Assembly: GCF_009914755.1 (NCBI RefSeq)
Contig: NC_060944.1
Reading direction: 5' to 3' (one strand)
Source of the DNA: the human T2T-CHM13v2.0 reference genome, Homo sapiens
DNA length: 64,000 bases
This document shows positions 1 to 18,170 of this stretch, one piece after another (positions within the stretch are counted from its first letter, which is position 1; the number at the start of each line of letters is the position of its first letter). The notes under the pieces were generated by a model. The model did no database searches, was not told where the DNA came from, and saw only the letters and a list, made by a program, of their open reading frames with translations. A program made the position numbers and the translations under genes.

Positions 1-1724
1 AAAGATAACATTGAACCAGATCTACTTGAGGGAGGAAGGACAATCACTGGAAAGTATAGATTCCACCTAAGATACATGATTTCCCAACTCGGGAAATAAA
101 GAGCTCAATGGGCTGGTTCCTTGGGGAAGCACATCTAAATATTTTACATCCAGGAATTAGGAATAGAGCTCTATCTTCAGAGAGAGTGGCAGAGCATGTG
201 GTTCACATCTTGCCTCTCTGTGTAGTTCAAGCAGGTACAAGTGACAACTCCTGGTCCCATTTCAAAGGCTTTGTAATATTTTTAAATAAATTCCTTGGTG
301 ATCAAAAATCAATACTGTTTAGTCTCTATGAATCTAATAACTCAGGGTTCTTCATTTCAAGTCAGTGACACAATGCCCCATTCTTTAGGTGATTCCTGAA
401 TTTCCTCTAAATACTGTTTGGTAAGAAAACTCCTAGAACCTGAATCCACACCTTCAGTTCAGAACTGAACTAATGGATTTCTTTCCTAAACTCAATTAAT
501 TTCTGTTGCTGAGGCACAGACTTTCCACTGTTTGGATCTGAACACCACTCTCTATTTTGTAAATGATCCCCAGGCTGAAGTGAAACAGAATGGTTAATGC
601 ATTTTTGATGAATATTAAAAATTCATGAAAAAAAATAAAAGTATGATACATATTTAAAGGAGCCTGGTTTTGGTTTCCTTGCCTTAAAGTTATTCCCTCT
701 CTGATCCTCTCTCCCTTATCCTGCAAAGAACATCATAAAATGTCCATGTCTTTCTACATTATGGAAAGTCATTTTGATAAGAATGCCTTTATGTCTGTAA
801 ACTGTCAGGGGTAAATTGAGCAGAAAATTATGCAGTATCCTGGTAAAACCAAATGTTAATATGGAAATTTTCATTAAATGCCCTAAGAAGCTACAGATGT
901 TTGAGTAAATTCTACTGATTGCTTTGGCCTGACCTCTTTTTAGTGCCCCTTTGCACAGTGTACTGAAATCCTTCGACAGATCTCACCCCATGTTATCAGT
1001 CTCAAATCAGGAAGCTTTTTCAGAATAGTTGGCTATGGCATTAACTCATTTTCTCCCCACCTTCTTCCTGCCCCCACAACAGTTCTCTGCAGTTCTGTGA
1101 GCAGAGAAATGCAGCGAGGCCCTCCTTCAATAAATAGCACATCCATTCAGGTCACTCATGCAGCTCATTTTAAATAAATTGAATCAATTCATGCCTATTA
1201 GCTGCTTGTCCTTGAACTAAGATAACATGGGATGTTCAGGTATCACTCAGAGGAGGAATTATGAGGGTGACAAAATTTGCTGAGTGCTCCAAGGCCAACT
1301 TTTATAAAATCTTGAGTAGGACAAGGGAAGGGACCTTCTATTACTCTTAATAAAGTATTATGTAAACTATTAACAGTGTACTATGCCCTTGGAGAAAAGC
1401 CTTAGAAACTTAGAACGTTTGAGCATATTTTTCTATCGAGTTTTATTTGTGTAAAATGAATGAGGCGCCATTGATAATATTTAGAAACTGCACATCCCAG
1501 ATGACTGGGAATGCCCCATCGCTTCCCAGGGACATCATAGGGATATATCCTCAACAGAATCAACAAATCAGTGGAATCAATATGCTTAATTCAAATACTG
1601 AAGTTATCTGAGAAATAGATTCATGGTAGATTCTAAGATAGTATTGTTCTAGAATTTTTTTTCCTGTGGCTTTAAATGCAGGCTGTCTTCATTTACTCAT
1701 TTCAGACTTTGCCTTTACCATTAT

Positions 1725-2080
1725 TATGGTTCAGCATGATTTCAAGTTTCTCTCCCTTTCTAGCCACATGGGATGATGTGATTTTATTGCCCCTTTCAAG
1801 TTAGCCATGACCATGAGACTTGTTTGGACAGTGAAATATGTGCAGATGTAGTACCTGCAGCACTTAATTGCTGATGCTTGACTACTGAGTTTTGTCATTC
1901 CCTGTGACGATGATAATGGAAGCAGAGGTTGACATGCAGGGGCCAAAAGATTGATACCGCCTGAAAGGAGAGTGGTCCTGACTCATGGCCCACTCAAGAT
2001 AAGTGGGAAATAAGTTTGCATTGTGCTGAGCCCCTGAAAGTTTTGTTTCCTGCAATATAACCTTGCTTATCTTTACTAAA
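1725..2080 (+). mobile_element. Old MaLR solo LTR, MLT1I/J-like
   Basis: Motifs 'cccctttcaagttagccatgaccatgagacttgtttggacagtgaaatatg' and 3' 'aataagtttgcattgtgctgagcccctg...tgcaatataaccttgcttatc' resemble recalled MLT1 consensus; boundaries approximate. Confidence 0.6.
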
Positions 2081-3420
2081 GTAGGCCTCATGTTCTAATT
2101 CTCTTGAGTGAGGCCCTCCAGGGCTACTCTTCTTTATGGCCAGGGCATTTATATTGATTGTTTTTCATGAAAGTTCCGAGTTGCTTTGTGAAATGGACTG
2201 GCACTTGGAAAGTTGTGAGCTGGAGGGTCCAGATGTTGATCTGCCAACAACAAAAAAGTGTACACTTCATGAGTTTCTCTAATTAATAGAGAGGAGCCAT
2301 ATGATAGAATCAAAATCAGGCTCAGCACAAGGTTCTCTTGGGATCTCTGCTTGTGATTATTGAAGGAAAAGAATGCCTCATTTAATTGACACTAAGCATT
2401 TGTTCTTGGCTACTCCAACTAGCTCGCTCTCACACTGATAATAGCTTATAAGGATAACATTGATATGAGTAGTGGATTCAAAAGGCCTGTGTGTGGTATC
2501 AGTTTCAGGTCTCCTTAGAAATATGGCAACTCCACAACGTGGATGCCAAGTTTGTTTTCATTAAGTCCAAAGGAACACCATCCACAGGTATGGGGTAAAA
2601 TTGCTCATCTGTGCTCTGTCTCATGGCTCAGTTCTCACCTATGAAATTTGCTAAATTCACCAAAAGGAGTGAATTATTTTAATAGTCCCTACACTGTAAA
2701 TTCCTTTAAAAGTGGGAATACACTGAAGAAAACAGCCCTGTTGTAATAGGCATGAACTTTTCATATTTAAAAGGCCCTATTTCTAGAAACACTTTTCACA
2801 TGTGAAAGGTTGGGGGAGGGGTATCTATTCGGTTGGGTTTCGAACAGTGCTTCATACATTCCTTGGTAGAATGAAACACTTTCAAAATGTAGTTGCAGTA
2901 TGCTACCCAATCCTCCATTATGTTCTTTCTCCTATGGCAAGGAAATCTTTACTTCCCTTTGAAGTGGATTCAGTCTCCTAAAGCATGATGTTTTTGAATT
3001 AAATGGCTACTGGGAATTAAGTGGGAAGGAGGATAAAGCTGAAATATTTTGCCAGTGCTGCATGAAGGCTAAAGAAGTAAATTATCCCAAATGAATGAAG
3101 CTTTCATCGGCACTATTTATTGCTGATAAATAGGAAAATGTCTGAGCTAGAGGGCCTCTGGTCTCACTAATTTTTATGAAGCCCTCACACACAGAGGTGG
3201 GAATTCACTCCTCCTTTATTTATTTCCTTTCACTTGGCTCAAATTCCTTTGCAAAAATTGACTGATCCAAAGAGGCGCAAGTTTCCCTTAATGTTTACCC
3301 TGTTTAAAACAACTACTGTAATGACTCAGTCTACTCTATGAGTGCCCTTCTGCCGATATTATGTCTGACTAATACATATAGATTGTTCACAATTTCTCCT
3401 GTTCCTTGTATTCTAATGAA

Positions 3421-3733
3421 TTATTATTATTATTGTTATCATTATTATTTGAGATACGGTCTCGCTCTGTTGCCCAGGTTGGAGTGCACTAGTGCGATCA
3501 CGGATCACTGCAGCCTCAACCTTCTGGGCTAAAGCAATCCTCCCACTTTAGCCTCCCAAGTAGCTAGAACTACAGCCATGTGCCACTACACCTGGCTAAT
3601 TTTCTATTTTTTATAGAGATGGGGGTCTCCCTATGTTGCCCAGGCTGGTATTGAAATCCTGGACTCAAATGATCCTCCTGCCACAGCCTCCCAAACTACT
3701 GGGATTACAGGTATGAGCCACTGCACTCAGCCT
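3421..3733 (-). mobile_element. AluJ SINE
   Basis: Reverse Alu dimer ('gagatacggtctcgctctgttgcccagg'...'gagccactgcactcagcc') with J-type 'cactgcagcctcaac' and a degenerate (tta)n tail. Confidence 0.92.
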
Positions 3734-3954
3734 ACTAAATTATTTTCATGGAGATCATCTTACCTAAACTTTTCTTCCTTAGCATAAGAAATTATCTTGC
3801 AGTTGCTGGTCTCCTTAATGTATTAAAGATTCTTGTGCTTGATGATTATTAGATTGAAAATGCTATTTTTTGTAGGTCAAAAATGGTTGGATATCAGAAA
3901 TTTTGTATAGTTAGAACTTTATTTGCTATGGTTAGACATTCAAGGGGAACTTTT

Positions 3955-8525
<4,571 letters not shown>

Positions 8526-9119
8526 AAGGAGAACTTTTTAAACTGGCTAATATATGTAAACAATCTATCCTTTGTCATTTTATTTTCTGTTCATCTACAA
8601 AGAGAACAGAAAAGAGATCTAAAGGAGCAACAGCAAGACAATCTAGAAAAGTGGCATGAGGTTCCCGTGCACTGCACATCACTCACCCACCTTGATCCTA
8701 CTCCAGGCCCAGGGTAATGAGAATGCAGAGGAAAGCAAAGGAAAGATGACAGGCTACACTTGAGATCTAGCCAGCCTTGGGGAAAAGCCTCTATTCTGAT
8801 GGGCATTGCCTCCAAACAATGAAATAAGGACAAATTCTGCCTTCTTTAAAGAGTATAACAATGAAGTATTTTATACTTTTACATCAAAGAAGCAGGACAC
8901 ATCTGAGACATCCATGAACACACTTGTCAAGTAACTGTAACCTCCCCCTTCCACCCCTCTAAATAAATAGAAAATACAAAACCACAGCAATCACAAACCC
9001 TCAGAATTCTCCAGGTCTCCTTTGACAACATGTCTATAAAAAAGAAAGAAGAGCATTTAGAAGAAAACAAATCAAGGGAAATTAGAAGCCAGGATGCCTA
9101 CCTTTCCTCCTTGCCTACT

Positions 9120-9720
9120 CTGCTGTAAGCACTTTAATTGTGTTAGCTTATTAAATCTTCCCAACCCTTTACCTGGTGGAGAACATTATTCCATTTTACC
9201 AAGTGATATGATTTGGCTGTGTCCTCACCCAAATCTCATCTGTAATTGTAGTTCCCATAATCCACACATGTGGTGGGAGGGACCCAGTGGGAGGTAATTG
9301 AATCATGGGGACAGTAACTTCCATGCTGTTCTCATGATAGTGAGTGTGTTCTCATGAAAGCTGATGGTTTTATAAGGGGCTTTCCCCCTCTTTACTCTGC
9401 ATTTCTCCTTGCTGCCGCCATGTGAATAAGAATGTGGTTGCTTTCCCTTCTGCCATGATTGTACATTTCCTGAGGCCTCCTCAGCCCTGCAGAACTGTGA
9501 ATCAATTGAACCTCTTTCCTTTGTAAATTACCAAGTCTTGGGTATTTCTTCATAGCCATGTGAGAAGAGACTAATATACTGAGGAAGGGTCTGAGGCTGA
9601 CAGAGAAAATATAGCTTGCTCCAAATGGAAGAGCTTGTTAAGTGGCAGAGGATAGACTCAAAGCCAAGGGAAGCTAATGCTGAAGTTACGCATCTTCTGA
9701 CATGATACACAACTGCCTTT
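9120..9720 (-). mobile_element. MIR SINE split by the THE1D LTR
   Basis: 'attattccattttacc' before the LTR joins 'gaggaagggtctgaggctgacagag...gttaagtggcagag' after it, the MIR core in reverse. Confidence 0.65.
9204..9578 (+). mobile_element. THE1D-like MaLR solo LTR
   Basis: Starts 'tgatatgatttggctgtgtcctcacccaaatctcatc', ends 'gactaatata'; flanks ccaag/ctgag. Confidence 0.9.
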
Positions 9721-10169
9721 GAGGATGGTGGCAGGCAGGGGATTTTATGGGAATCAGGAAAGCGAAGGGTTCTACATAAGGGCAGGAGCTTGCCCATCCA
9801 CAACTTCTCTGACAATACATACATTCTGCTCCTATCTTTGAGCCTTTCTCCAGCACATTAATGAAGCCATATATCTGATGGTCTCACTGGGGAAGATTGG
9901 GAGCTGTTGCAGCAGGTACATTGTCTACCATGCCCTGCCATTACTCTACCTGACTCAAATTACCAGATTTCCACGGGAAGAGAACTTAAAAGGCACATGT
10001 GCCCTTTGTAAGAGAAATGCCATAGGCAAATGACTCCCAATACATAGTCATAGGGGAACAAGCATAGTTTTATGGATCAGGCAGCACTGCCACTAAATAT
10101 TTGTAAGATATTAGACATCTGAAAACGGAGATGATTGTACCTACTTTGTAGAAATGCCCCTTTATAGTA

Positions 10170-10960
10170 GTTTTCATTTTCTTATTTTCCTTCTGGACTC
10201 TTTTATACTTAAGAAAGTGTTGGTAACCCAAAATAACTTTTGCTTTGTTATATATAGGTAATATCTGTTAATATTAACCAGAAATTAAAACATATTTTAA
10301 AAATATTTATTAATTTTTGAAGTTATAATACAAGTATTACATGTTAACATAAATAACATATATTTCTTAAGAACAATAGCTATACATTCCAGACAAACTC
10401 AGCTAGAAAAGTGTTTTACAAATCTCTTTAATGTCTGGTTTAATATAAAATAGCCATAAGCTTGGTGCAGTGGCCCATGCCTGTAATCTTAGCCCTTGGG
10501 GAGGCTGAGGCAGGAGGATTACTTGAGTCTAGGAGTTTGAGACTAGCCTGGACAACATAACAAGATCCCCATCTCTACTAAAAAATAAAAAGGAAAAATT
10601 ATCCAGGTATGGTGTCATGCTTCTGTAGTCCCAGCTAGTCTAGAGGCCTGGAGGCTGAGACAGGAGAATTACTTGAGCCCAGGAGTTCAAGGCTGCAGTG
10701 AGCTGTGATCATGCCACTGCAGTTCAACCTGGTCTACAGGGAGATCTTTCTCTATAAAATAAAAAATAAAATAAGAATAGCCAGATTATTTTATCTGCTT
10801 CTGCATTCAATTTGTTGTAATACATTACTTGTTTGGGTTAACAAATATAAAGAAAATCCGGCTTCATACAGATTTATAGTTAGAAAAGAGAGGACTTCAT
10901 GGAGCCCCTGCAAGGAGACTCCCAGGGTCTAGGACTAGAATTTGACAGGAGCTGCTCTAA
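10170..10960. mobile_element. hAT/Charlie-type non-autonomous DNA transposon remnant interrupted by an Alu
   Basis: Segments 'ggtaacccaaaataacttttgctttgtt', 'aaatctctttaatgtctggtttaata' and 'atctgcttctgcattcaatttgttg' resemble recalled Charlie consensus; family assignment uncertain. Confidence 0.5.
10459..10772 (+). mobile_element. AluJ SINE
   Basis: Alu dimer with 'ttgagcccaggagttcaaggctgcagtgagc'; approximate TSD aaaatagccata / agaatagccaga. Confidence 0.92.
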
Positions 10961-10996
10961 AAACAAACAAACAAACAAACAAACAAACAAACAAAA
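10959..10996 (+). repeat. (CAAA)n microsatellite
   Basis: aaacaaacaaacaaacaaac... read directly. Confidence 0.95.
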
Positions 10997-11007
10997 AGAA
11001 TGCAAAG

Positions 11008-11528
11008 TGAGAGTGGCAAGAGGCAGCCAAATGCCTAGGCAGATGGGGTGAGCCCCCACCTCTAAGTTGAAGACAGTTTAAAGCCTGAAAGCCAAGCTAC
11101 AAGTTAAATCCTTGGATGGGATTGAGAGCTTGTCTTCCTATTTGGCATGCTTTCCTCTGATTGGTCCCCACCCTTCACCTATTTTAAATATACCTACCCT
11201 TTCCTAATTGCTTTTTCTATACTGTTGTGCCCACCTTTGAGTGATGACTTCACTTTAACCTTTTTTGCATACTCACAAACCAACCAGCACACACTCCCTA
11301 TTCTGAGTTCATAAAAGGCTCCAGACCCAGTCACATGGGGGACTTTCCCGAATTCAGGTAGAATTCAGGTAGGGGAACCACCCCCTGTATCCCTTCTTTG
11401 CTGAGAACTTTCCTTTCACTTAATAGATTCTATTCTACTCACTCTCCGGTGTCCATGCGCCGAATTCTTCCTGATTGTGAGACAAGAACTCAGACCTAAC
11501 TAAGCTCAGGAGCAGAAAGACCACAACA
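11008..11528 (+). mobile_element. ERV1-class solo LTR (MER61/LTR27-like group)
   Basis: TG...CA termini, 4-bp TSD aaag (11004-11007 / 11529-11532), TATA-like 'cataaaa' near 11310; subfamily from memory. Confidence 0.8.
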
Positions 11529-12194
11529 AAAGGATTTACTACAGTGTCAGAACACAAAGAGCAGATATTCACTAAATTGTATGAGAAAATGTTATCCTCA
11601 AACTTTATTGTACTTACATACATGTGCCTAAAAAATGTGTCCAGAAGCATATCACAGTGAGAGTAGTAGTTGCAAGTGGATAAACGGAAGCATACATACA
11701 TGCAAACATTCATGTACACAAGGCTCTGAATTCCCTTGACTTCACTTAAGTCAGAACATCAGCACCACTTTGAAAATTTTAACAATTAATAGAGTAATCA
11801 AAATAAAAACTAATAAGACCTAAAATTCTTAATATGTAAGCACAGAACTTTAAATGAAACTCATGCACATGCGTTGATTTTAGGGATAATATTTAGCTAA
11901 ATATTATCTTTTGAAATCCTGTAATCCTCACAATACTTTCAGGAATAATTTAACATTATAGGGCTAGTAACCCAAATACCAGAGGTCACATTAGAATTAA
12001 CAAAGAAATGTAAAGTTGATTCCTTTTTTAAGTGTTGTTCTGATGCTACATAAAATTACACTGAGTTAATATTTGTTTTGTTTAAAAATAAATTAATGAC
12101 CAATAATTCAAAACAATGGAATTTTTAATAATGACTATATGCCATGTAGTTGTTTAATAACATTGTCAAGTTTTAAATTAGGATTTCTATTTCC

Positions 12195-12292
12195 TTTTTT
12201 TACTAATAGCTTTATTAGAATATAATTCACATACTGTAAAATTCAACTATCTAAAGTATTCAATTCAGTATTAGTAAATTCAGAGTTGTGAA
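12195..12292 (-). mobile_element. Short L1MB/ME 3'-end fragment
   Basis: 'tagctttattagaatataattcacatactgtaaaattcaac...aaagtattcaattcag' is typical of an old L1M 3' terminus. Confidence 0.6.
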
Positions 12293-12845
12293 TAAAATAA
12301 AATGTATGTTTTCTAACTATTTCCCAAAACAGCAAGGACTTAAAATATTAGGGTGCCTAGTTCTTGATCTTCGTTTCAGAGTGTGTATATTATTACACCC
12401 GTTTTAAGACGGTCCAATGATGAGAAATTCTGAGCACCAAGGCTTTAATTTTCCCCAAGAGTAAATCTTCCTGATTTATGCTAAGATTATTTTGTAGGTA
12501 AATTGATGGATGATATCAAGCTTAATATATTGACAAAATTTTATTTGAGACTTCAACGCTCTAAAGCTTTTTTTTAATAACACAGTCATTGAGTTACAAT
12601 TAACTAAATTAAAAACTTTTTCCAAGATAAGCAAATTTAAAAATGATGAAAGGAGAAGCAAAACTTCATTAGGTTTAAGTAAAACTTAATTTATTTTTCT
12701 CCTCACTACTTTTTATTTTGTATGTCTTTTTTTTCTTTTCCCAGATAACTTTATTGCCTTAAACTCTTTAGGTCAAGTTTTCTGTTTTGTTTTGTTTTGT
12801 TTTGTTTGTATATTTGCATCCAGTCCAGTTTCCATTAAGAAAGTT

Positions 12846-13153
<308 letters not shown>

Positions 13154-14879
13154 ACCATTAAGAAAGTTGATATATATTTATCCGTTCAAGGTAAGGGTCA
13201 TTATTTTAAAATGTCTATTAAATGGATTTAGCAAGCAACCTGAAGGTAACCAGACTGTGGGTACATTTGAGGTGATATTGATATATTTAGCGAAATTGTG
13301 TTAACTGGTATATCTTCACTTAAATTTTGGCAAAATATTACCCTTCTTTCCATTGGTACTGGGGACCCCAGGGAGTACTGCAAAATGGTCATGGAATGGG
13401 CCTGGAATCACACAGCTTACTTACCTGAATTACTCTCCGCCTCCTCTACCCCATGCCTTTACTGCTCTGTAATGAACTGCTGGTCAGTGGCCAATCTCTA
13501 TCAACTGCATAGCTCTTTCTCAGGCTGCTTATACCCTTGTTTCTTCTGTGTACTGGTTACAAAATCATTCTTCCCCTCTTGGGTTCATTGCTGCTTGGAA
13601 TATTTCAGAGTTCATGAGGGCTGTTCTTTTATCCAAGCCATTTCCTCCACTAGGTTCTCATGTGACGGTAACTCACTGGGCCCCTCAGACTCTACCACTG
13701 GGTCCAGCTGGCTGCTGGCTCATATCCCTTAGCATGAGTGCCTTCTCTCCATCCCTCAGCCCCATCTCCATCTTGTACCCCACCCCCCAGCATGCTGCCC
13801 ACCTCAACCACAAGCTCACTAGTTGCAGACACTGCTTGGGTGCCTGAAGGAAAAGGCCTTCCTTCTTGTATTTCAAAGGAGCCACATGAATTTCATGCCA
13901 TTCAGCGACTCCCTGAAAATAGAATCTTAAGTGGTTTTTCCTAAATTCGCACAGGAAGTATGCTAGAGGCCCAATTACAGCCCAGCCTAGGCCACTTTAA
14001 TAGGATCTGGAGAAGAGTTTGAGTGACATAGGCACCAAGACTGGCTGGCTATATAACCAAGAAGATTTGGTGGAATGTCAGCTGCAGAGATGGACATCTG
14101 GATATCTCTCCCCTGCTGTAACACTTCAATATTGAATGATATTTGGCACAATCCCTGAGTTGGCAAGCGTGTTATCTGCTTGCACCAGGGACACCTGGCT
14201 TAACAGAGGCATTTGCAGTGCTGCCACAGCATTAAATTTGTTTGCGGTACTTAAAAGTATTTTAATATAAACTATGTCATGGGATATGGGGTCCTGCCAA
14301 TTTGATAATTGAATGGGAGGTGTTGGGGGTTTATCTTTATTTTAACAAAACCAAATCCCTTTCAAAAAGTCTATTTCTTTTTCCCAGTATGAGCAAAACA
14401 TCATATTATGAGGTACCTTTCAGAAGCGGACAATCCAGTCATTTTTGATTCATGCCTCTAGCTGGTGTCCCACTCTCTTACACATCCCTGGTGTTGTCAT
14501 TACCCATGGGAAAGGTAGAACTGCCACCACAATTTCAAATCTGAATTGCTTCTTTTGGTTGCTTACAACTATAAGGTTAGCATATTATTATCTGGCACTG
14601 CTATTCAAAACTGGCAGAGGCAACAACAACAATGAAAAGAAAGATTCATGGCAAAAATAATGCAAGGCAGACATCTTTCTACATCTCTTCCTCATTTTTA
14701 CACAGAAGATATTTATAGGTGAAGAAAATTCTCAAGAGAATGTATATTCAAACTATTTTTAAAGTAGCATTTACAAATTTAATTTATTCCTCTTACATTG
14801 GCTTTTAATTTTAAGCAGCAACATTTGAAGGGTGTTTGAATATACATCCCCATACATTGCTGCTGAAGACACCTGAGGA

Positions 14880-15030
14880 TGTCATTTTATCGAGCACACT
14901 TGAGAGCCAAACTCTGTCCTGGGTGCTGGGGAACTCAGTAGTGACTCATACAGATGGGGTACCTTCCTTGCGGGGTCAGAGAGAAATGATAAACACACAA
15001 TCTAACAAGTCCAAAAGAAGATTATCAGGT
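14880..15030 (-). mobile_element. L2 3' fragment
   Basis: 'tttatcgagcacacttgagagccaaactctgtcctgggtgctggggaactcagtagtga' matches the reverse L2 tail pattern. Confidence 0.6.
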
Positions 15031-15831
15031 AGGTTTGAGCACCATGAAGATTGAAGTCTTTCAAAGCAGCTCCCCAGACAGTGTCTGGAGTTGAATCCAA
15101 GCATTCAGTAAGAGGCACATGTGGCGTAGAAGAAAACTTGGTATTCTGTAGGCAAAGGCCTGGAATTTCCTTCCAGGTGGTATGATGCAAAGCGTGGCCT
15201 GTTTCCCTTAGGAGGCCAGTTCCCATCAGTTCCTTGGCATTGAACCCATCCTTTCCACATCTTGCATCTCAACTGGCAGCTGAACAGATTCTGTGGGAAT
15301 GTCAGGGTGGGGTACCGGGGAGGATGCCATCTTAGAGACTAAATACATAAAGCCTTGCCACATTTTACCACCACACTTTAACTAGCTTAAAGGTAATTTG
15401 AAGAGTTTCTTTTAGAAAATATAAAGTGAAAAAGCGTTGCCTGTTTCTAATCATTAAAGGCTTTCAACTCCAACAGCGAGGAAAAAGTCATTTTCAATGC
15501 ATTTGTAAATGGAATGACCCAATCGGGAACAGCTACTCTTTTAACTACCCCTTATTTCCATTTCTTTGCTATCCTAATACACTTTCCTCCTCCCACGGAC
15601 AATTGATGGGAAGTAATTACCTAAAATTGTCCTTATTCTTTATATATTTGTCTTTCCTATAAAATATTATCCAGGTATATCCTCAAGCCAGCTCATTCCC
15701 TTCACTTTGTACCTTGCTTACACAACTTTGCTCTGCAATTCGGTCCTCACCCAAAGCAACAGCAGATGAGTTATCAATCAGGGAAACACTTGAAGCCACA
15801 TTCCAGTTGATCTTGTTGACACATTAGCCAT

Positions 15832-16246
15832 TGTAATGGGGTGAATGGTGGTCTTCCCAAAACGTATGTCCACATCTTAAATCCCAGAACCTGTGACTGT
15901 GAACTCATCTGGGAAAAAAACAAGTCTTGGCAGATATGATTAAGCTAAGGATCTCAAGATGAAATTGTCCATTATCCAGTCACAAGTGTCCCTATAAGAG
16001 ACACACAGAGAAGAGGAGGAGACAATGTCATGATGAAGGCAGAGATCGGAGTGATGTAGCCACAAGACTAGGAATGCCAATAGCTACCAGAAGCAGGAAG
16101 AGGCAAGAGACAGACTGTTGCTTCAGTCTTTGCCAACAACTTGATTTTGAACTTTTGGCCTCCAGGACTGCCAGAGAATAAATCTCTGTTGTTGTCAGCC
16201 ACCAAGTGCGTGGTAATTTGTTATGGCAGCCCTAGAAACTAACACA
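15832..16246 (+). mobile_element. MLT1C-like MaLR solo LTR
   Basis: tgtaatgggg...gaaactaacaca termini, AATAAA near the 3' end, TSD gccat/gtcat. Confidence 0.88.
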
Positions 16247-17984
16247 GTCATTGTGAGTTATATAAACTCCACAAAGGCAGGGCATAAGTGATACCCTGGT
16301 GTGTGCATCCTACAAACAGAAACGACTGAATTGATGTGATTTGATCAGGTCTGCTTGAGAATGGAGCAAAGTCAAAAAAGCATCTGTTACAGAAATTACA
16401 GAAATAGCCATATTTCTAGTATCTGTGTAGCATCTTAAGCCAAACAGGGATAGATATTTATCTTTCTCTATTAGAAGAAAAGAAAATGACAGATTTTTTT
16501 TGAGAGCCGTTCAGTTAGGTGACACCAGCCATATCACAAGGATTTGAATGCAAACCAGGAAATTAAATAAGCCGGTTAACACCTATGTCTTTCCTGGAAA
16601 TGTTCCTCTCTTCCTTCATAGAAATGTTCTTATACATAAAACTCAATTTCTCAGCCCAGCGCTTAGTCCATCTCAGACTGATTAATCAGCACAAAAATGC
16701 TGTGTGGATTAACTGTTCCCTTCTTGCTGAAGAAAAAGCGACTTTCAAAATCTCTTGCATCTGAGCAGCCATAAATTTCTTGCATTGCCAGAGAACGGCA
16801 CAGGCCAACTGCAGGGAGTGGGTTGTTTATTTCTCCAAATACTGATGAAAGGCTGTTGTTTCATGGTAATTCAGCTTCAAAATTTCTGGAGAAAAGATTC
16901 CCTCCCACCCCTCAGTAATAAAACAGTGTTGCTGGGAAGATGCAAAGACACTAAAAGAAACATTCATCAAGGTATAGATGCTCTGTCATGAAAACAAAAT
17001 ATGCCAAGCCAGTGTCACTGAATCTTAAGATGCTGTTTGATCTTCCCCTCCCTTCTTTGATGGTTGTGTCCGGGATAGGCTATGTTCTCAGTTAAAGGCG
17101 GCCTCCTGCCGACTGCTATAAAGAGACATATGTAATAAAATGAGAGTTCCTCCTTCCTCTCTCATTATTTTGGAACACAATTCAATTCCACTCTGGGCTC
17201 TTGTAGAACCCCAAGACTTGTTTGGGGTTTAAAGATCAGGCAAATAACACAGCTCAAGAATTACCTTTGGAGGCACAGAATCCAGTCATCTTCTGTTAAC
17301 CAGGTTCTGGTGGGGGCAGCAATAAAGTAGGATCTTGCTAAAGAAGCTCCAAGAAAGCCACCATTACTATGGTTTATTTTAAATGTTTATTATAATGTAT
17401 ACTCTCAGAATCTATTGATGAAGGTGATAGCACAGATTAATACCTTTACTACATTCTGAGGTTTTGACCTTATTGGAAGAAAACCCTCCTTAAAGCTAGT
17501 AGAACTAGACTCTGAAGCCAGCAGAATAACTTGAAGATATTTCAGGATTGAATGCAAGTGTTATACTCTCAGCAGAACCGCCCTAGGAAGCTAGCAATTT
17601 TGGAGAGGAATTCACACACTCAATACCATTTTAAAAATTCATTTATTCCATAATAAAAAATGGTCCACCCACCATTAAACAGAAGTACATGTGGACTATG
17701 AAAGGCCCAGAAAAGTGTAACATAAATTCCCATCTTCTATACTGTACAATCTATTAGAGAATAACTGGTGTACTTTCCAGGAAAGTTTTAAAACATTACT
17801 AAAGCGCCCACTAAGTAGCACCTAGTAATTGTCCAATAAGTAAAACATATAATAAATTATGTATTTATGGATACAAAAGTTGTGACAAGATGAGATGATT
17901 TGGTAAAGCAGAAGGAATCTGGGATTTGCTTCAGGCAACCTGAAATCACCTGTTTTTTTTTTTTTTTATTTTTTTTTATTTTTT

Positions 17985-18170
17985 TGCCTCTTACTACTCT
18001 AACTAGCTACTATAAGTCCAGGGCCAGTAGGTTAACAACTTCTGTGAGCTTCAACTTCATCAGAATGTCTATGCCAGAATCTTAAGGTATATGGCAAATT
18101 ACAAACAGTGCATATGCAACATCTCACAGGTAATAGGTGCTCACATGTGGTGTTGCTTCGTTATTATTGC
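17985..18170 (+). mobile_element. MIR fragment
   Basis: 'ttaacaacttctgtgagcttcaacttcatc' and 'taataggtgctcacatg...ttattatt'; degenerate. Confidence 0.5.

Noticed and set aside
13298-13944. Cluster of overlapping 66-144 aa ORFs in non-repeat sequence
   Set aside because: No recognisable domain, mostly non-ATG starts, no convincing splice context; expected in locally GC-richer DNA
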